NCBI GenBank assembly: GCA_035556555.1
Contig: DATMES010000059.1
Span: forward strand, 12,054 to 76,053
From: Frankiaceae bacterium
GTDB lineage: Bacteria > Actinomycetota > Actinomycetes > BP-191
DNA length: 64,000 bases
Direction of reading: 5' to 3'
Below the pieces are notes generated by a model, which saw only the letters and a program-made list of their open reading frames with translations, did no database searches and was not told the origin of the DNA. Of this stretch, positions 27,867 to 38,841 are shown piece after piece (position 1 is the stretch's first letter; every line of letters begins with the position of its first letter). A program made the position numbers and the translations under genes.

Positions 27867-28852
27867 CGACGCCGCCGCCGTTCCCCGTGTCGAGGCCGCG
27901 GCGGCTGCGCCGTACGCCCGCTCTCCGCAGGCTCGCCGCCGAGACGCGGCTGCACCCGAGCGACCTCGTGCTGCCGCTGTTCGTCAAGGAGGGCATCGCC
28001 GACCCCGCGCCCGTCGCGTCGATGCCGGGTGTCGTCCAGCACACCCGCGACTCGCTGCGGAAGGCCGCCGTCGAGGCGGTCGAGGCCGGCGTCGGCGGGC
28101 TGATCCTCTTCGGCATCCCCGCGGTCAAGGATGCGCGCGGCTCGGCCGCCGACGACCCCGACGGCATCGTCCAGGTGGCGCTGCGCGACCTCGTCTCCGA
28201 GCTGGGCGACAGCACGGTGCTCATGACCGACTGCTGCCTCGACGAGTACACCGACCACGGCCACTGCGGCCTGCTCCGCGAGGACGGCTCCGTCGACAAC
28301 GACGCCACGCTCGCCCGCTACGCCGCCGCCGCCGTCGCGCAGGCTCGTGCCGGGTCCGCCGTCGTCGCGCCGAGCGGGATGATGGACGGCCAGGTCGCCG
28401 CGATCCGCGATGCCTTGGATGCCAACGGCTTCGACGAGGTCGCGATCCTCGCGTACAGCGCGAAGTACGCCAGCGCGTTCTACGGCCCGTTCCGGGACGC
28501 GGCCGAGTGCGCACCCCAGTTCGGTGACCGGGCGGCGTACCAGCAGGACCCGGCCAACGCCGGCGAGGCCGTCCGCGAGGTGCTGCTCGACCTCGCCGAG
28601 GGCGCCGACATGGTCATGGTGAAGCCGGCGATGGCGTACCTCGACGTCGTCCGCCGCGTCGCCGACGTGTCCGGGGTCCCTGTGGCGGCGTACCAGGTGT
28701 CGGGGGAGTACGCGATGGTCGAGGCCGCCGCCGCCAACGGCTGGCTCGACCGCGACCGCACGATCCTCGAGACGCTGACGTCGATCCGCCGCGCGGGTGC
28801 CGACATCGTGCTGACGTACTGGGCCACCGAGGTCGCGCGCGCGCTCCGGTAG
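27863..28852 (+). CDS. hemB: Porphobilinogen synthase (delta-aminolevulinic acid dehydratase)
   Basis: [15 protein letters not shown]-terminus. Active-site region ([32 protein letters not shown]). Confidence 0.9.
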   Translation: MTTPPPFPVSRPRRLRRTPALRRLAAETRLHPSDLVLPLFVKEGIADPAPVASMPGVVQHTRDSLRKAAVEAVEAGVGGLILFGIPAVKDARGSAADDPDGIVQVALRDLVSELGDSTVLMTDCCLDEYTDHGHCGLLREDGSVDNDATLARYAAAAVAQARAGSAVVAPSGMMDGQVAAIRDALDANGFDEVAILAYSAKYASAFYGPFRDAAECAPQFGDRAAYQQDPANAGEAVREVLLDLAEGADMVMVKPAMAYLDVVRRVADVSGVPVAAYQVSGEYAMVEAAAANGWLDRDRTILETLTSIRRAGADIVLTYWATEVARALR

Positions 28853-28886
28853 GTACGCGGCGGCCTCACGCCGAATCTCCCAGGGC

Positions 28887-30539
28887 ATGAAGCGCCTGGT
28901 CGCCGTCCTCGCGGCTCTCTTGCTCGCCACGCCCGCCGCGCCGCCGTCGGCTGCGGCCGACGTGACGTACGAGTCGGTGTACTTCCCTTCGGCGGACGGC
29001 ACGCTGCTGCACGCCGAGGTCTTCCGGCCCGCCGGCGGGGGCCGCGCGCCCGTGGTGCTCCTCGTCTCGCCGTACAACAACGGCACCAGCGTCACGGTGG
29101 ACGACCGGCAGCCGGGCAACCTGCACTACGCGCCGTTTCAGACGCTGCTCGACCAGGGGTACGCCGTCGTCCAGGCCAGCCTGCGCGGCTACAGCGCGAG
29201 CGGCGGCTGCGGCGACTGGGGCGGCAAGGGCGAGCAGGCCGACGCCAAGGCCGCAGTGGAGTGGGCCGCGAGCCAGCGCTGGTCCACCGGGCGTGTGGGG
29301 ATGTACGGCATCTCGTACGACGGGTGGACGCAGATCATGGCGCTCGCCACGAAGCCGCGCGGGCTCGCGGCGGTCGTCGCGCAGGCGCCGCTCACCGACG
29401 GGTACCGCGCGTTCTGGATGAACGGCTCGCACTACCAGGGCGCCTGGTGGATCTCGGCGACGGTCGGCTACGGGACGACCGACCTCAAGCCGCCGAACCA
29501 GGCCCAGGGCCCCGAGGGACTCGTCAACGCCACCACCGGCACCGCTCTCAACCCGCACTGCTACGCGTCCAACGCGGCGTTCACCGCGACGGGCGACAAG
29601 TCGCTGCCGTACTGGCGGGAGCGCGACATCGTCGCGCGCGCGGCGGAGTCGAGGGTGCCGGTGCTGTGGTCGCAGGGCTTCCGCGACATCCAGGTGAAGC
29701 CCGACAACTTCGCGGTGCTGTATCCGAGGCTGCGCGGTCCGAAGCGGACGTGGGTCGGCCAGTTCACCCACCGCGCGCCCAACCACGCCGGCGTCGAGGC
29801 CGTCGCCGCGCGCTACGTCAGCGAGGCGATCGACTGGTTCGACGCGTACGTGAAGCGCGACCCCGCCGCGCTCGCGCGCGTCGAGGCCGAGCCCGAGGCA
29901 GTCGTGCAGGAGGGCGACGGCCGCTGGCGCACCGACACGGCGTGGCCGCCGCGCGACGCGCGCGCGACCTCACTGAGGCTGCGTTCGGGGACGTACTTCG
30001 AGGACCCGCGCGACGACGGCAAGCAGCCGACCGACGAGGGCGACATCGTCTGGTCGGTCAGCAGGCCGCTGCCGTACGCCGTGCACCTCGCGGGCATCCC
30101 GCGCGTGACGCTCACCGCGCAGGGCATCGGTCCCGCGCAGGTCGTCGTCAAGGTCTACGACGTCGACCCGGCCGGCCAGGCCCGCATGGTGACGCGCGCC
30201 GTCCACGCGAACGTCAGCGGCAAGGTGTCGTTCGACCTGTACCCGCAGGACTGGCGGTTCGAGCCGGGCCACCGCATCGCGGTCGGCGTGCAGGGCAGCG
30301 ACACGTTCTGGTCGGGGCCGCGCTCGCACTACCCGCCGGGCACCGACTTCGTCCGCGTCGCGACCGGCGGCAACGTCGCCGTCAGCGGTGCGTCGCTGAC
30401 GGTGCCCGCGCTGCGCGACGAGCGGACGACGTTCCTCTTCCCGCAGCGCATCGCGGCGGTCGCGCCGGAGCTGACGCTGACGGCGGCGCAGCTCGCGGCG
30501 TACGAGACGGCGTTCCGGCTCCCGGCGAGGATGCGCTGA
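28887..30539 (+). CDS. Secreted CocE/NonD-family alpha/beta hydrolase (S15 X-Pro dipeptidyl-peptidase-like), tandem paralog 1 of 3
   Basis: Signal peptide. Nucleophile elbow GISYDGW, then the CocE/NonD beta-sandwich C-domain. ~75% identical to paralog 2 by eye. Confidence 0.8.
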   Translation: MKRLVAVLAALLLATPAAPPSAAADVTYESVYFPSADGTLLHAEVFRPAGGGRAPVVLLVSPYNNGTSVTVDDRQPGNLHYAPFQTLLDQGYAVVQASLRGYSASGGCGDWGGKGEQADAKAAVEWAASQRWSTGRVGMYGISYDGWTQIMALATKPRGLAAVVAQAPLTDGYRAFWMNGSHYQGAWWISATVGYGTTDLKPPNQAQGPEGLVNATTGTALNPHCYASNAAFTATGDKSLPYWRERDIVARAAESRVPVLWSQGFRDIQVKPDNFAVLYPRLRGPKRTWVGQFTHRAPNHAGVEAVAARYVSEAIDWFDAYVKRDPAALARVEAEPEAVVQEGDGRWRTDTAWPPRDARATSLRLRSGTYFEDPRDDGKQPTDEGDIVWSVSRPLPYAVHLAGIPRVTLTAQGIGPAQVVVKVYDVDPAGQARMVTRAVHANVSGKVSFDLYPQDWRFEPGHRIAVGVQGSDTFWSGPRSHYPPGTDFVRVATGGNVAVSGASLTVPALRDERTTFLFPQRIAAVAPELTLTAAQLAAYETAFRLPARMR

Positions 30540-32167
30540 TGCACCGCCTCGTCGGCGTCCTCGCGGCCCTCCTGCTCGCGGTCCCCGCCGCGCCGTCGTC
30601 GGTCGCGGCGACGACGACGTACGAGACGGCGTACTTCCCCTCGGGCGACGGCACGATGCTGCACGCCGAGGTCTACCGCCCCGCCGGCTCCGGCAAGGTG
30701 CCGGTCGTGCTGCTGCTGTCGCCGTACAACAACGGCACCGGCGTCCTGTTCGAGGACCGGGGGCCAGGCAAGCTGCACTACCCGCAGCTTCAGACGTTGC
30801 TTGACCGCGGCTACGCCGTCGCGCAGGTCACGCTGCGCGGGTTCGGCGCGAGCGGCGGCTGCGGCGACCTCGGCGGCAACGGCGAGCAGGCCGACGCGAA
30901 GGCGTCCGTCGAGTGGGCGGCGTCGCGGCCGTGGTCCACGGGCCGAGTGGGCATGTGGGGCATCTCGTACGACGGGTGGACGCAGATCATGGCGCTCGCC
31001 ACGAAACCGCGAGGCCTCGCGGCGGTCGTCGCGCAGGCGCCGCTGTCGGCGGGCTACCGCGGCTTCTGGATGAACGGCTCCCACTACATGCACGGCTGGT
31101 GGCTCACCGCCGCCAACGGCTACGGGCTGCTCGACCTGAAGCCGCCGAACCAGGCGTACGGCCCCGAGGGTGTCGTGAACGCCGGCACCGGCACGGCCAC
31201 GAGCCCGCACTGCTATGCCACCAACGCCTCCATGACCGCAGTCGGCGACCCGTCGATCCCGTACTGGCGCGAGCGCGACCTCGTCGCGCGCGCCGCGCAG
31301 TCGACGGTGCCGGTGCTGTGGTCGCACGGCTTCCGCGACCCGTCGGTGAAGCCCGACAACATGACCGCGCTCTATCCGCTGCTGCGCGGGCCGAAGCGCG
31401 CGTGGGTCGGCCAGTTCGGCCACCGCGCGCCGCAGGACCCCAACGACCCGGCCGTCCTCGCGCGGTACAGCGCCGAGGCCGTCGACTGGCTCGACGCGTA
31501 CGTCCGCCAGGACCCGGCGGCTCTCGAGCGCGTCACCGCCGCGCCGGAGGCGGTCGTGCAGGAGGGCGACGGCCGTTGGCGCAACGACACCGCGTGGCCG
31601 CCCCGCGACGCCCGCGCGACGTCGCTGCGGCTGCGGGAGGGGACGTACGTCGAGGACCCGCGCGACGACGGCACCCAGCCGGCCGACGACGGCGAGGTGC
31701 TGTGGTCGGTGAGCAGGCCGCTGCCGTACGCCGTGCACCTCTCGGGGGTGCCGCGCGTGACGCTCACCGCGCGGGGTACCGGTCCGGCGCAGGTGGTCGT
31801 CAAGGTGTTCGACGTCGACCCGACCGGCGCGGCCCGCGTCGTCACGCGCGGCGTGCACGCGGCGGTGGCAGGGCGCGTGTCGTTCGAGCTCTATCCGCAG
31901 GACTGGCGCTTCGAGCCGGGCCATCGCATCGCCGTCGCGGTGCAGGGCAGCGACACGTACTGGTCGTACCCGTACGCCAACGCCCGCCCCGCCACCGGCC
32001 TCACCGTCGGCGTCGACGACGCCGCGCTGGCGGTGCCCGCGCTGCGGCAGGAGCGGACGGCGTTCCTGCACACCGCGCGTACCGACGTCGCACCCGAGCT
32101 GACGCTCACGCCGGCGCGAGTGGCGGCGGCCGAGACGGCGTTCCGGCTGCCGCCGAGGATGCGCTGA
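30539..32167 (+). CDS. Secreted CocE/NonD-family alpha/beta hydrolase, tandem paralog 2 of 3
   Basis: Same architecture and motifs (GISYDGW). Its start overlaps the paralog 1 stop. Confidence 0.8.
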   Translation: MHRLVGVLAALLLAVPAAPSSVAATTTYETAYFPSGDGTMLHAEVYRPAGSGKVPVVLLLSPYNNGTGVLFEDRGPGKLHYPQLQTLLDRGYAVAQVTLRGFGASGGCGDLGGNGEQADAKASVEWAASRPWSTGRVGMWGISYDGWTQIMALATKPRGLAAVVAQAPLSAGYRGFWMNGSHYMHGWWLTAANGYGLLDLKPPNQAYGPEGVVNAGTGTATSPHCYATNASMTAVGDPSIPYWRERDLVARAAQSTVPVLWSHGFRDPSVKPDNMTALYPLLRGPKRAWVGQFGHRAPQDPNDPAVLARYSAEAVDWLDAYVRQDPAALERVTAAPEAVVQEGDGRWRNDTAWPPRDARATSLRLREGTYVEDPRDDGTQPADDGEVLWSVSRPLPYAVHLSGVPRVTLTARGTGPAQVVVKVFDVDPTGAARVVTRGVHAAVAGRVSFELYPQDWRFEPGHRIAVAVQGSDTYWSYPYANARPATGLTVGVDDAALAVPALRQERTAFLHTARTDVAPELTLTPARVAAAETAFRLPPRMR

Positions 32168-33693
32168 TGCGCAGGGTCGCCCTCGCGCTCGCGGCGCTCG
32201 TCCTCGCCGCGCTGCCCGTCCCCGCGTCGGCCGCGACGACGTACGAGGAGACGTACATCGCCTCGGCCGACGGCACGCGGCTGCACACCGAGATCTTCCG
32301 GAAGCGGACGGGTCGGCTGCCGGTGGCGCTCATCGTGTCGCCGTACCTGCACGGGGACGCGTACCTGCGCGGCCCGGAGGCCGAGGCGCTGCTCGACCGC
32401 GGCTACGCCGTCGTGCAGACGGCGCTGCGCGGCTACGGCGGCAGTGACGGCTGCAGCGACCTCGGCGGCAAGGGCGAGCAGTCCGACGTGAAGGCCGCGG
32501 TCGAGTGGGCGGCGCGGCAGTCGTGGTCGACCGGCCGCGTCGGCATGTGGGGGCTGTCGTACGAAGGCTGGACGCAGGTCATGGCGCTCGCCACCCGACC
32601 GCGCGGGCTCGCGGCCGTCGCGATCCAGTCACCGCTGGTGAGCCTGTACCACGGCCTCTACATGAACCGCGCGCACTACGGCGGCGTCTGGTGGGCCATG
32701 CCGGCGTCGTACGGCGCCGACGACCTCGGCGGCACCGGCTCGCCCCAGCCCACCGACGCGACCTGCTACGCCGCGAACCTCACCGAGACGACGGGCGCCG
32801 ACCCGGACACGGCGTACTACCGCGAGCGCGACCTGATCGCCCGCGCCAGGACGTCGCGGGTGCCGGTGCTCTGGTCGCACGGGTTCAACGACGTCAACAC
32901 CAAGCCCGACAACCTCTCGGCGCTGTATCCGCTGCTGCGCGGGCCGAAGCGCGCGTGGGTCGGGCAGTTCCCGCACGTGACGCCGCCGGGCGGCGTCGGG
33001 CCGCGGTACCTGCGCGAGGTCGTGGACTGGTTCGACGCGTACGTCCGCGGCGACCGCGCCGCGCTCCGCCGGGTGACCGCCGCCCCGCGCGCGGTCGTGC
33101 AGCAGGGCGACGGGCGCTGGCGTACGGACTCGGCGTGGCCGCCGCGCGACGCGCGCGCCGTGACGTCGCGGCTGCGTTCGGGGACGTTCACCGACATCCC
33201 CGCCAACGACGGCAGCCAGGGCCACGAGGACGGCGCGGTGCTGTGGTCGTTCAGCCAGCGGCTGCCGTACGCCGTGCACCTCTCCGGCGCGCCGCGCGTG
33301 ACGGTCACGGTGCGCGGCACGGCGCCCGCGCAGGTCGTCGTCAAGGTGTACGACGTCGGCCCGGAGGGCGAGGCCGTGCCGGTGACCCGCGGCGTGCACG
33401 CTCTGGTGGACGGCAAGGCGTCGTTCGAGCTGTACCCGCAGGACTGGCGGTTCGCGCCTGGACACCGGATCGGGGTCGCGGTGCTCGGCAGCGACGGGAC
33501 GTTCTGGTCGCCCGCGGCGGGCGGGCAGGTGACGGTGAGCGGCGCGTCCCTGGCGGTGCCCGCTCTGCGCTACGAGCGCGGCGCGTCGTTCGCGGACACG
33601 TCGTCCACGAAGCCGGCGCAGTTCACGGTGGTCCCGGACGTCGTGAAGGCGGGCGAGACGACGTTCCGCCTCCCGCCGCGAATGCGCCCCTGA
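32167..33693 (+). CDS. Secreted CocE/NonD-family alpha/beta hydrolase, tandem paralog 3 of 3 (more diverged)
   Basis: Signal peptide plus a GLSYEGW nucleophile elbow. Start overlaps the paralog 2 stop. Confidence 0.8.
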   Translation: MRRVALALAALVLAALPVPASAATTYEETYIASADGTRLHTEIFRKRTGRLPVALIVSPYLHGDAYLRGPEAEALLDRGYAVVQTALRGYGGSDGCSDLGGKGEQSDVKAAVEWAARQSWSTGRVGMWGLSYEGWTQVMALATRPRGLAAVAIQSPLVSLYHGLYMNRAHYGGVWWAMPASYGADDLGGTGSPQPTDATCYAANLTETTGADPDTAYYRERDLIARARTSRVPVLWSHGFNDVNTKPDNLSALYPLLRGPKRAWVGQFPHVTPPGGVGPRYLREVVDWFDAYVRGDRAALRRVTAAPRAVVQQGDGRWRTDSAWPPRDARAVTSRLRSGTFTDIPANDGSQGHEDGAVLWSFSQRLPYAVHLSGAPRVTVTVRGTAPAQVVVKVYDVGPEGEAVPVTRGVHALVDGKASFELYPQDWRFAPGHRIGVAVLGSDGTFWSPAAGGQVTVSGASLAVPALRYERGASFADTSSTKPAQFTVVPDVVKAGETTFRLPPRMRP

Positions 33694-33735
33694 CCCCGTT
33701 TCGGCGGGGGTGGCGCGGGCTGGGAGGATGGGAGG

Positions 33736-35037
33736 GTGATGTACCCAGCCGACGCCCCCGCCTCCGAGGCACTGTTCGAGCGCGCCAAGCGCGTGACCCC
33801 CGGTGGGGTCAACTCGCCGGTCCGCGCGTTCGGCGCCGTCGGCGGCGCGCCGCGGTTCATGGTCTCCGGCGACGGCGCGTACCTCACCGACGCGGACGGG
33901 CGGACGTACGTCGACCTCGTCTGCTCGTGGGGCCCGATGATCCTCGGCCACCGGCACCCCGCGGTGCAGGAGGCGATCGCCGGCGCCGCCACGCAGGGCA
34001 CGAGCTTCGGCACGCCCACGCCCGGCGAGGTCGAGCTGGCCGAGCACATCACCGGGCGCGTGGACTTCGTCGAGCAGGTCAGGCTCGTCTCCTCCGGCAC
34101 CGAGGCGACGATGTCCGCGGTACGCCTCGCGCGCGGCTTCACCGGTCGCTCCAAGGTCGTGAAGTTCGCCGGCTGCTACCACGGCCACGTCGACGCGCTG
34201 CTCGCCAGCGCGGGCAGCGGCGTGGTGACGTTCGGGCTGCCGGACACGCCGGGCGTCACCGGCGCCAGCGCCGCCGACACGATCGTGCTGCCGTACAACG
34301 ACGTCGCCGCGGTCGAGGCGGCGTTCGAGGTGCACGGCAACGACATCGCCTGCGTCATCACCGAGGCCGCCGCCGCCAACATGGGCGTCGTCGCGCCGCT
34401 GCCCGGCTTCAACGCCGCCCTCCGCGACCTGACCACGCGGTACGGAGCGCTGCTGATCATCGACGAGGTCCTCACCGGCTTCCGCGTCAGCCCGACCGGC
34501 TGGTACGGCCTGGAGGGCGTACGGCCCGACCTCGCGACGTTCGGCAAGGTGATGGGCGGGGGGCTGCCGGCGGCGGCGTTCGGCGGGCGGGCCGACGTCA
34601 TGGGGCACCTCGCGCCCGCGGGCCCGGTCTACCAGGCGGGCACGCTCTCCGGTAACCCCGTCGCTGTCGCCGCCGGCCTGACGACCCTGCGGCACTGCAC
34701 CGACGACGTCTACGCGCACGTCGGCAAGACGGCGGAGACCGTGGCGGCCCTGGTGACCCAGGCCCTCACCGAGGCCGGCGTCGCACACCGGCTCAACACC
34801 GCGGGCAGCCTGTTCTCGGTCTTCTTCACGGAGCAGGCCGTCGTGGACTACGCCACCGCGAAGACCACGGACACGAAGCGGTACGGCGCGTTCTTCCACG
34901 AGTGCCTGCGCCGCGGCGTCTACCTGCCGCCGAGCGCGTACGAGGCGTGGTTCCTCTCCGCGGCGCACGACGACGCGGCCGTCGAGCGCATCGCCGAGGC
35001 CCTCCCGCATGCCGCTAGAGCCGCGGCGGCGCAGTGA
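33736..35037 (+). CDS. hemL: Glutamate-1-semialdehyde 2,1-aminomutase
   Basis: [21 protein letters not shown]-terminus. Class III aminotransferase motifs with the PLP Lys region ([18 protein letters not shown]). Confidence 0.9.
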   Translation: MMYPADAPASEALFERAKRVTPGGVNSPVRAFGAVGGAPRFMVSGDGAYLTDADGRTYVDLVCSWGPMILGHRHPAVQEAIAGAATQGTSFGTPTPGEVELAEHITGRVDFVEQVRLVSSGTEATMSAVRLARGFTGRSKVVKFAGCYHGHVDALLASAGSGVVTFGLPDTPGVTGASAADTIVLPYNDVAAVEAAFEVHGNDIACVITEAAAANMGVVAPLPGFNAALRDLTTRYGALLIIDEVLTGFRVSPTGWYGLEGVRPDLATFGKVMGGGLPAAAFGGRADVMGHLAPAGPVYQAGTLSGNPVAVAAGLTTLRHCTDDVYAHVGKTAETVAALVTQALTEAGVAHRLNTAGSLFSVFFTEQAVVDYATAKTTDTKRYGAFFHECLRRGVYLPPSAYEAWFLSAAHDDAAVERIAEALPHAARAAAAQ

Positions 35038-35672
35038 CCGTCGTCACCCGGGTCCACCTGCTGCGGCACGGCGAGGTGCACAACCCAGGCAAGGTGCTGT
35101 ACGGCCGCCTGCCCGGCTTCCGGCTCTCGGACACCGGCGAGGCGATGGCGGTCATGGCCGCCGCGGCGCTGACCGGCCGTGACGTCACGCTGCTGCTCAC
35201 CTCGCCGCTCGAACGCGCCCAGCAGACCGCCGAGCCGCTGGCGAAGGTGCTCGACCTCACGCCGCGCGTCGACGACCGGCTGATCGAGAGCGGCAACAAG
35301 TTCGAGGGGCGCACCGTCGACCGCGGCTGGAAGTCGTTCACCGACCCGGCGGCGCTCACGCTGCTGCGCAACCCGTTCGAGCCGTCGTGGGGGGAGCCCT
35401 ACGCGGAGACGGCCCAGCGCATGCTCGAGGCCGTGACCGACGCGCGAGACGAGGCGTACGGGCACGAGGCCGTGGCGGTCAGCCACCAGCTCCCGATCTA
35501 CGTGCTGCGCCGCTTCGTCGAGGGGCGCCGCCTCGCGCACCGCCCCGACAAGCGGCAGTGCGGATTGGCGAGCTACACGACGCTGACCTGGCACGACCGC
35601 CGGCTCGCGTCGGTGACGTACACCGAGCCGGCCGGCGCGCTCTCCCGCAAGCCGGCTACGCCGGGGGCGTAG
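35034..35672 (+). CDS. Histidine phosphatase (phosphoglycerate-mutase-like) family protein
   Basis: [11 protein letters not shown] is the RHG catalytic motif. Conserved position after hemL as in mycobacteria and Streptomyces. Confidence 0.8.
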   Translation: MTVVTRVHLLRHGEVHNPGKVLYGRLPGFRLSDTGEAMAVMAAAALTGRDVTLLLTSPLERAQQTAEPLAKVLDLTPRVDDRLIESGNKFEGRTVDRGWKSFTDPAALTLLRNPFEPSWGEPYAETAQRMLEAVTDARDEAYGHEAVAVSHQLPIYVLRRFVEGRRLAHRPDKRQCGLASYTTLTWHDRRLASVTYTEPAGALSRKPATPGA

Positions 35673-35841
35673 GCCAGCCGGGAGCCGGGGGGCCTGGCGG
35701 GTTCTTGCGGCGGCTGCGCTTCACGAGCAGCACGACGATGAGCACGACCGTGCCCACGACGAGGGCGAGGAACGCCAGCAGGATCAGGCCGACGATGGCG
35801 AGTCCGGCGCCCGTCGGGGCGGCGTCGGCGAGGGGGATCAT
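35656..35841 (-). CDS. Small single-TM membrane protein (about 61 aa), hypothetical
   Basis: MIPLADAAPTGAGLAIVGLILLAFLALVVGTVVLIVVLLVKRSRRK... Low confidence: it is a short ORF. Confidence 0.3.
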   Translation of the reverse strand: MIPLADAAPTGAGLAIVGLILLAFLALVVGTVVLIVVLLVKRSRRKNPPGPPAPGWPTPPA

Positions 35842-36680
35842 GCGGGTACCTCTCTCGGTCGGAACACCACGAGCGCCAGGACCGCGTACTCGACGTACGC
35901 GTGGTAGCTCGCGAGGGACGTATAGGCGATTTTGGTACCGGTCCACGCGGTCATGTAGCCGAACGCGAAAACTGCCGCCACCGCCGCCACGCCGACCCAC
36001 GCGATGCGCGGGAGGCGGGCCTGCGCGGGGCCGTTGCGCGGCAGGAACCAGCACCAGAACACGTAGTGCAGCACCTGGAGGAACGCGAACACCGCCAGCA
36101 GCCGCGCCGCCTCCGGCCCGCGCCACTCCGGCGGCGCGACCGTCGCGACGTGCCCCGACATCGGCCCCGCGAACGACACCGACTGGGACGACAGCGACGG
36201 CACGGGCAGCGCGCCGGTGAGCAGCAGCGCCGGCACGACGAGCAGCCAGGCGACCTGCACCGCGCGGAACGCCGTCCGCGCGCGGCCTGCCAGCCGGCGC
36301 GACCAGTCCCAGAGGAAGACGAACGGCACGAGGTTGTGCAGGTACGTCACCGCGACGAAGTAGTGGTCGAGGTGCGTCCACGCGATCACGCCGGCGACGA
36401 CGACGGCGGGCAGGCCGAACGCCGCGAGCACGGGCCGCGACCGCGCGCCCCACGCCATGCCGAATGCCAGGATCGCGAAGCCCGCGACGACCTCCACCCG
36501 CCGGCCAGGGGCGCCCACGAGGCGGGTCATGGCGATGACCGTGACCAGCGCGAGCACGCCGACCCGGAAGACGCCCGCGAACGACCCCGCCCACCGGGCC
36601 AGCACGTAGCGGAGCTCGAGGACGTTGTGCAGAATCCCCAGCACCATGAGCCCGACGACCGAGGCGAGCAGCGGCGCGCG
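35838..36680 (-). CDS. Polytopic integral membrane protein of unknown function; start uncertain
   Basis: Continuous run of hydrophobic helices in the C-terminal ~280 aa of ORF 35838..37100. The N-terminal part of that ORF is Arg/Asp-rich and looks spurious. Confidence 0.45.
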   Translation of the reverse strand, partial: RAPLLASVVGLMVLGILHNVLELRYVLARWAGSFAGVFRVGVLALVTVIAMTRLVGAPGRRVEVVAGFAILAFGMAWGARSRPVLAAFGLPAVVVAGVIAWTHLDHYFVAVTYLHNLVPFVFLWDWSRRLAGRARTAFRAVQVAWLLVVPALLLTGALPVPSLSSQSVSFAGPMSGHVATVAPPEWRGPEAARLLAVFAFLQVLHYVFWCWFLPRNGPAQARLPRIAWVGVAAVAAVFAFGYMTAWTGTKIAYTSLASYHAYVEYAVLALVVFRPREVPA

Positions 36681-36738
36681 CGCCGCGAGCACGGCCGCGA
36701 TCGCGACGTACCCAGCTGTCTCCGCGACGGGCCGCCAC

Positions 36739-37073
36739 GGATGAGCGGCTACGTCGCCGCGCTGCTCCTGACGCTGGCCGTCGAGCCGCCGCTGTACGCG
36801 CTCGCGCTGCGGCTGGGACTCGGCGTGCGGCCGCGGCGCGGGTACGTGGAAGGTCTGCTCGCCAACGCCACTAGTCATCCGCTCACCTGGCTCTTCCTCT
36901 TCCCGCTGACGGAGGGGTCGCTGGCCGCCGCCGCGCTGGTGGAGCTGTTCGTCGTGGCCTGGGAGGCCGGGCTGCTGCGCGTACGGCTTGGGCGCGACCT
37001 GCCGCTGCTGGTCGGGGTGTCGTTCGTCGTCAACGCCGTCTCGCTCGCGCTCGGCGCCGCCGTCCTCCGATGA
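36739..37073 (+). CDS. Small (~111 aa) membrane protein with 3 predicted TM segments, divergent from the preceding membrane gene
   Basis: [28 protein letters not shown]... hydrophobic segments. The upstream part of ORF 35901..37073 is antisense to another gene and is discounted. Confidence 0.4.
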
Positions 37074-37162
37074 AAGCAAACGGCGCGCACGTGCGAGCAT
37101 CGATTCGTGAAAGAAACCCCACGACAGCGCTCGCTGCGCTCACGCTGCCGCGGGGGCCCCGG

Positions 37163-37726
37163 ATGAGATTGGTCCTGGCCTCGGCGTCACCGGCGCGGCT
37201 GCGGCTGCTGCGTGACGCGGGGTTCGACCCCGAGGTCGTCGTCAGCGGCGTACAGGAGGACGTGGACGACGTCGAGGAGCTCGCGGTCCGCAAGGCTCTC
37301 GCCGTCGCCGATCGGGTGAGCGACGCGCTCGTCGTCGGGTGCGACTCCATGCTGCTGCTGAACGGCACCCTGGCAGGCAAGCCGCGCGACGCCGCGGAGG
37401 CGACCGAGCGCTGGCGGGCCATGCGCGGCACGACCGGCGCGCTGCTGACGGGCCACTGCGTCGTCGACACGGGCTCCGGCCGCCGCGTGTCCGCGACCGC
37501 CGAGACGGCCGTGCGTTTCGGCACGCCGACCGACGCCGAGATCGACGCGTACGTCGCCAGCGGCGAGCCGCTGCGCGTCGCGGGGGCGTTCACGATCGAC
37601 GGGCGCGGGGCGGCGTTCGTGGAGTCGATCGACGGCGACCACGGCAACGTCGTCGGCCTCTCGCTGCCGCTGCTGCGCCGCCTCCTCGCCGACCTCGGCC
37701 ACTCGGTGGTGGACCTGTGGGCCTGA
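37163..37726 (+). CDS. maf: Maf-like nucleoside triphosphate pyrophosphatase (septum-formation protein Maf)
   Basis: [15 protein letters not shown]...SGVQE...GCDSML...VGLSLPLL is a typical Maf signature. Confidence 0.85.
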   Translation: MRLVLASASPARLRLLRDAGFDPEVVVSGVQEDVDDVEELAVRKALAVADRVSDALVVGCDSMLLLNGTLAGKPRDAAEATERWRAMRGTTGALLTGHCVVDTGSGRRVSATAETAVRFGTPTDAEIDAYVASGEPLRVAGAFTIDGRGAAFVESIDGDHGNVVGLSLPLLRRLLADLGHSVVDLWA

Positions 37727-38796
37727 CCATCGGGCCGATCACCGTGGACCCGCCCGTCGTCCTCGCGCCGATGGCCGGCATCACGAACGCGGCGTTCCGC
37801 CGGCTCTGCCGCTCGTACGGCGGCGGGCTCTACGTCAGCGAGATGGTCTCCGCGCGGGCGCTGCTGGAGGGTGGGTCGGCGCAGGCGGCGTTCGACGCCG
37901 ACGAGTCGCCGCGCAGCGTGCAGCTCTACGGCGTCGACCCCGTCACGGTCGCGAGCGCCGTACGGCACATGGCCGAGGTCTGGCAGGTGGACCACGTCGA
38001 CCTCAACATGGGCTGCCCCGTCCCGAAGGTCACGCGCAAGGGCGGCGGGGCCGCGCTGCCGGTGCACACGAGCGCGTTCAGCAACGTCGTCCGCGCCGCC
38101 GTCCGCGCCGCCGAGGGCAGGCCGGTCACGGTGAAGATGCGGATGGGCGTGGACGCGGACACGCTGACCTACCTCGACGCCGGCCGTGCCGCCGAGGACG
38201 CGGGCGCCGCCGCCGTGACGCTGCACGCGCGCACCGCCGAGCAGCTCTACTCGGGCACCGCCGACTGGGCCGCGATCGCGAAGCTCGCGGCCGCGCTGAA
38301 CATCCCCGTCCTCGGCAACGGCGACGTGTGGGTCGCCGACGACGCCGTACGGATGGTGCGCGAGACGGGCTGCGACGGCGTCGTCGTGGGGCGCGGCTGC
38401 CTGGGGCGGCCGTGGCTGTTTCGGGACCTCGAGGACGCGTTCGCGGGGCGTCCCGTGCGGCCGGCGCCGACCCTCGGCGAGGTCGCCGAGACCATGCGCG
38501 AGCACGTACGGCTGCTCGGCGACGTCCGCGGCTTCCGCAAGCACGCGCGCTGGTACCTCACAGGCTACGACGCGCCCGAGGCCGAGGCGGCCATCCGGCG
38601 CGCGGAGACCGTCGGGGACGTGGACGCCGCCCTCGCGTCACTCGACCCGGAGCGGCGGCCCGAGCCTGGCTCCGACGCGCGCCCGCGCGGCGTCACCGAC
38701 GGGCCGCGCCGGGTCGTGCTGCCCGACCGCTGGCGCGAGTGCGCGGACGACCCGACGCCGCCGTACGACGCGGACGTGCTGGTCTCGGGAGGCTGA
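37717..38796 (+). CDS. dus: tRNA-dihydrouridine synthase
   Basis: [16 protein letters not shown]...[10 protein letters not shown]...VTVKMRMG are Dus FMN-binding motifs. A GTG start overlaps the end of maf. Confidence 0.85.
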   Translation: MGLTIGPITVDPPVVLAPMAGITNAAFRRLCRSYGGGLYVSEMVSARALLEGGSAQAAFDADESPRSVQLYGVDPVTVASAVRHMAEVWQVDHVDLNMGCPVPKVTRKGGGAALPVHTSAFSNVVRAAVRAAEGRPVTVKMRMGVDADTLTYLDAGRAAEDAGAAAVTLHARTAEQLYSGTADWAAIAKLAAALNIPVLGNGDVWVADDAVRMVRETGCDGVVVGRGCLGRPWLFRDLEDAFAGRPVRPAPTLGEVAETMREHVRLLGDVRGFRKHARWYLTGYDAPEAEAAIRRAETVGDVDAALASLDPERRPEPGSDARPRGVTDGPRRVVLPDRWRECADDPTPPYDADVLVSGG

Positions 38797-38841
38797 CCCG
38801 CGTCTTGCGAAGCGGGGGCGCGCCGACCGGACGTGCCGCGG

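Noticed and set aside
26963-35010. Series of long minus-strand ORFs (26963-29119, 30329-32071, 32629-35010) antisense to the hem and CocE genes
   Set aside because: Antisense artefacts. The plus-strand genes are translationally coupled and motif-rich.
35901-36738. N-terminal 280 aa of plus-strand ORF 35901-37073
   Set aside because: Antisense to a hydrophobic membrane protein gene and Arg/Asp-rich. Only the C-terminal ~111-aa hydrophobic segment (36739-37073) was retained as a possible gene.
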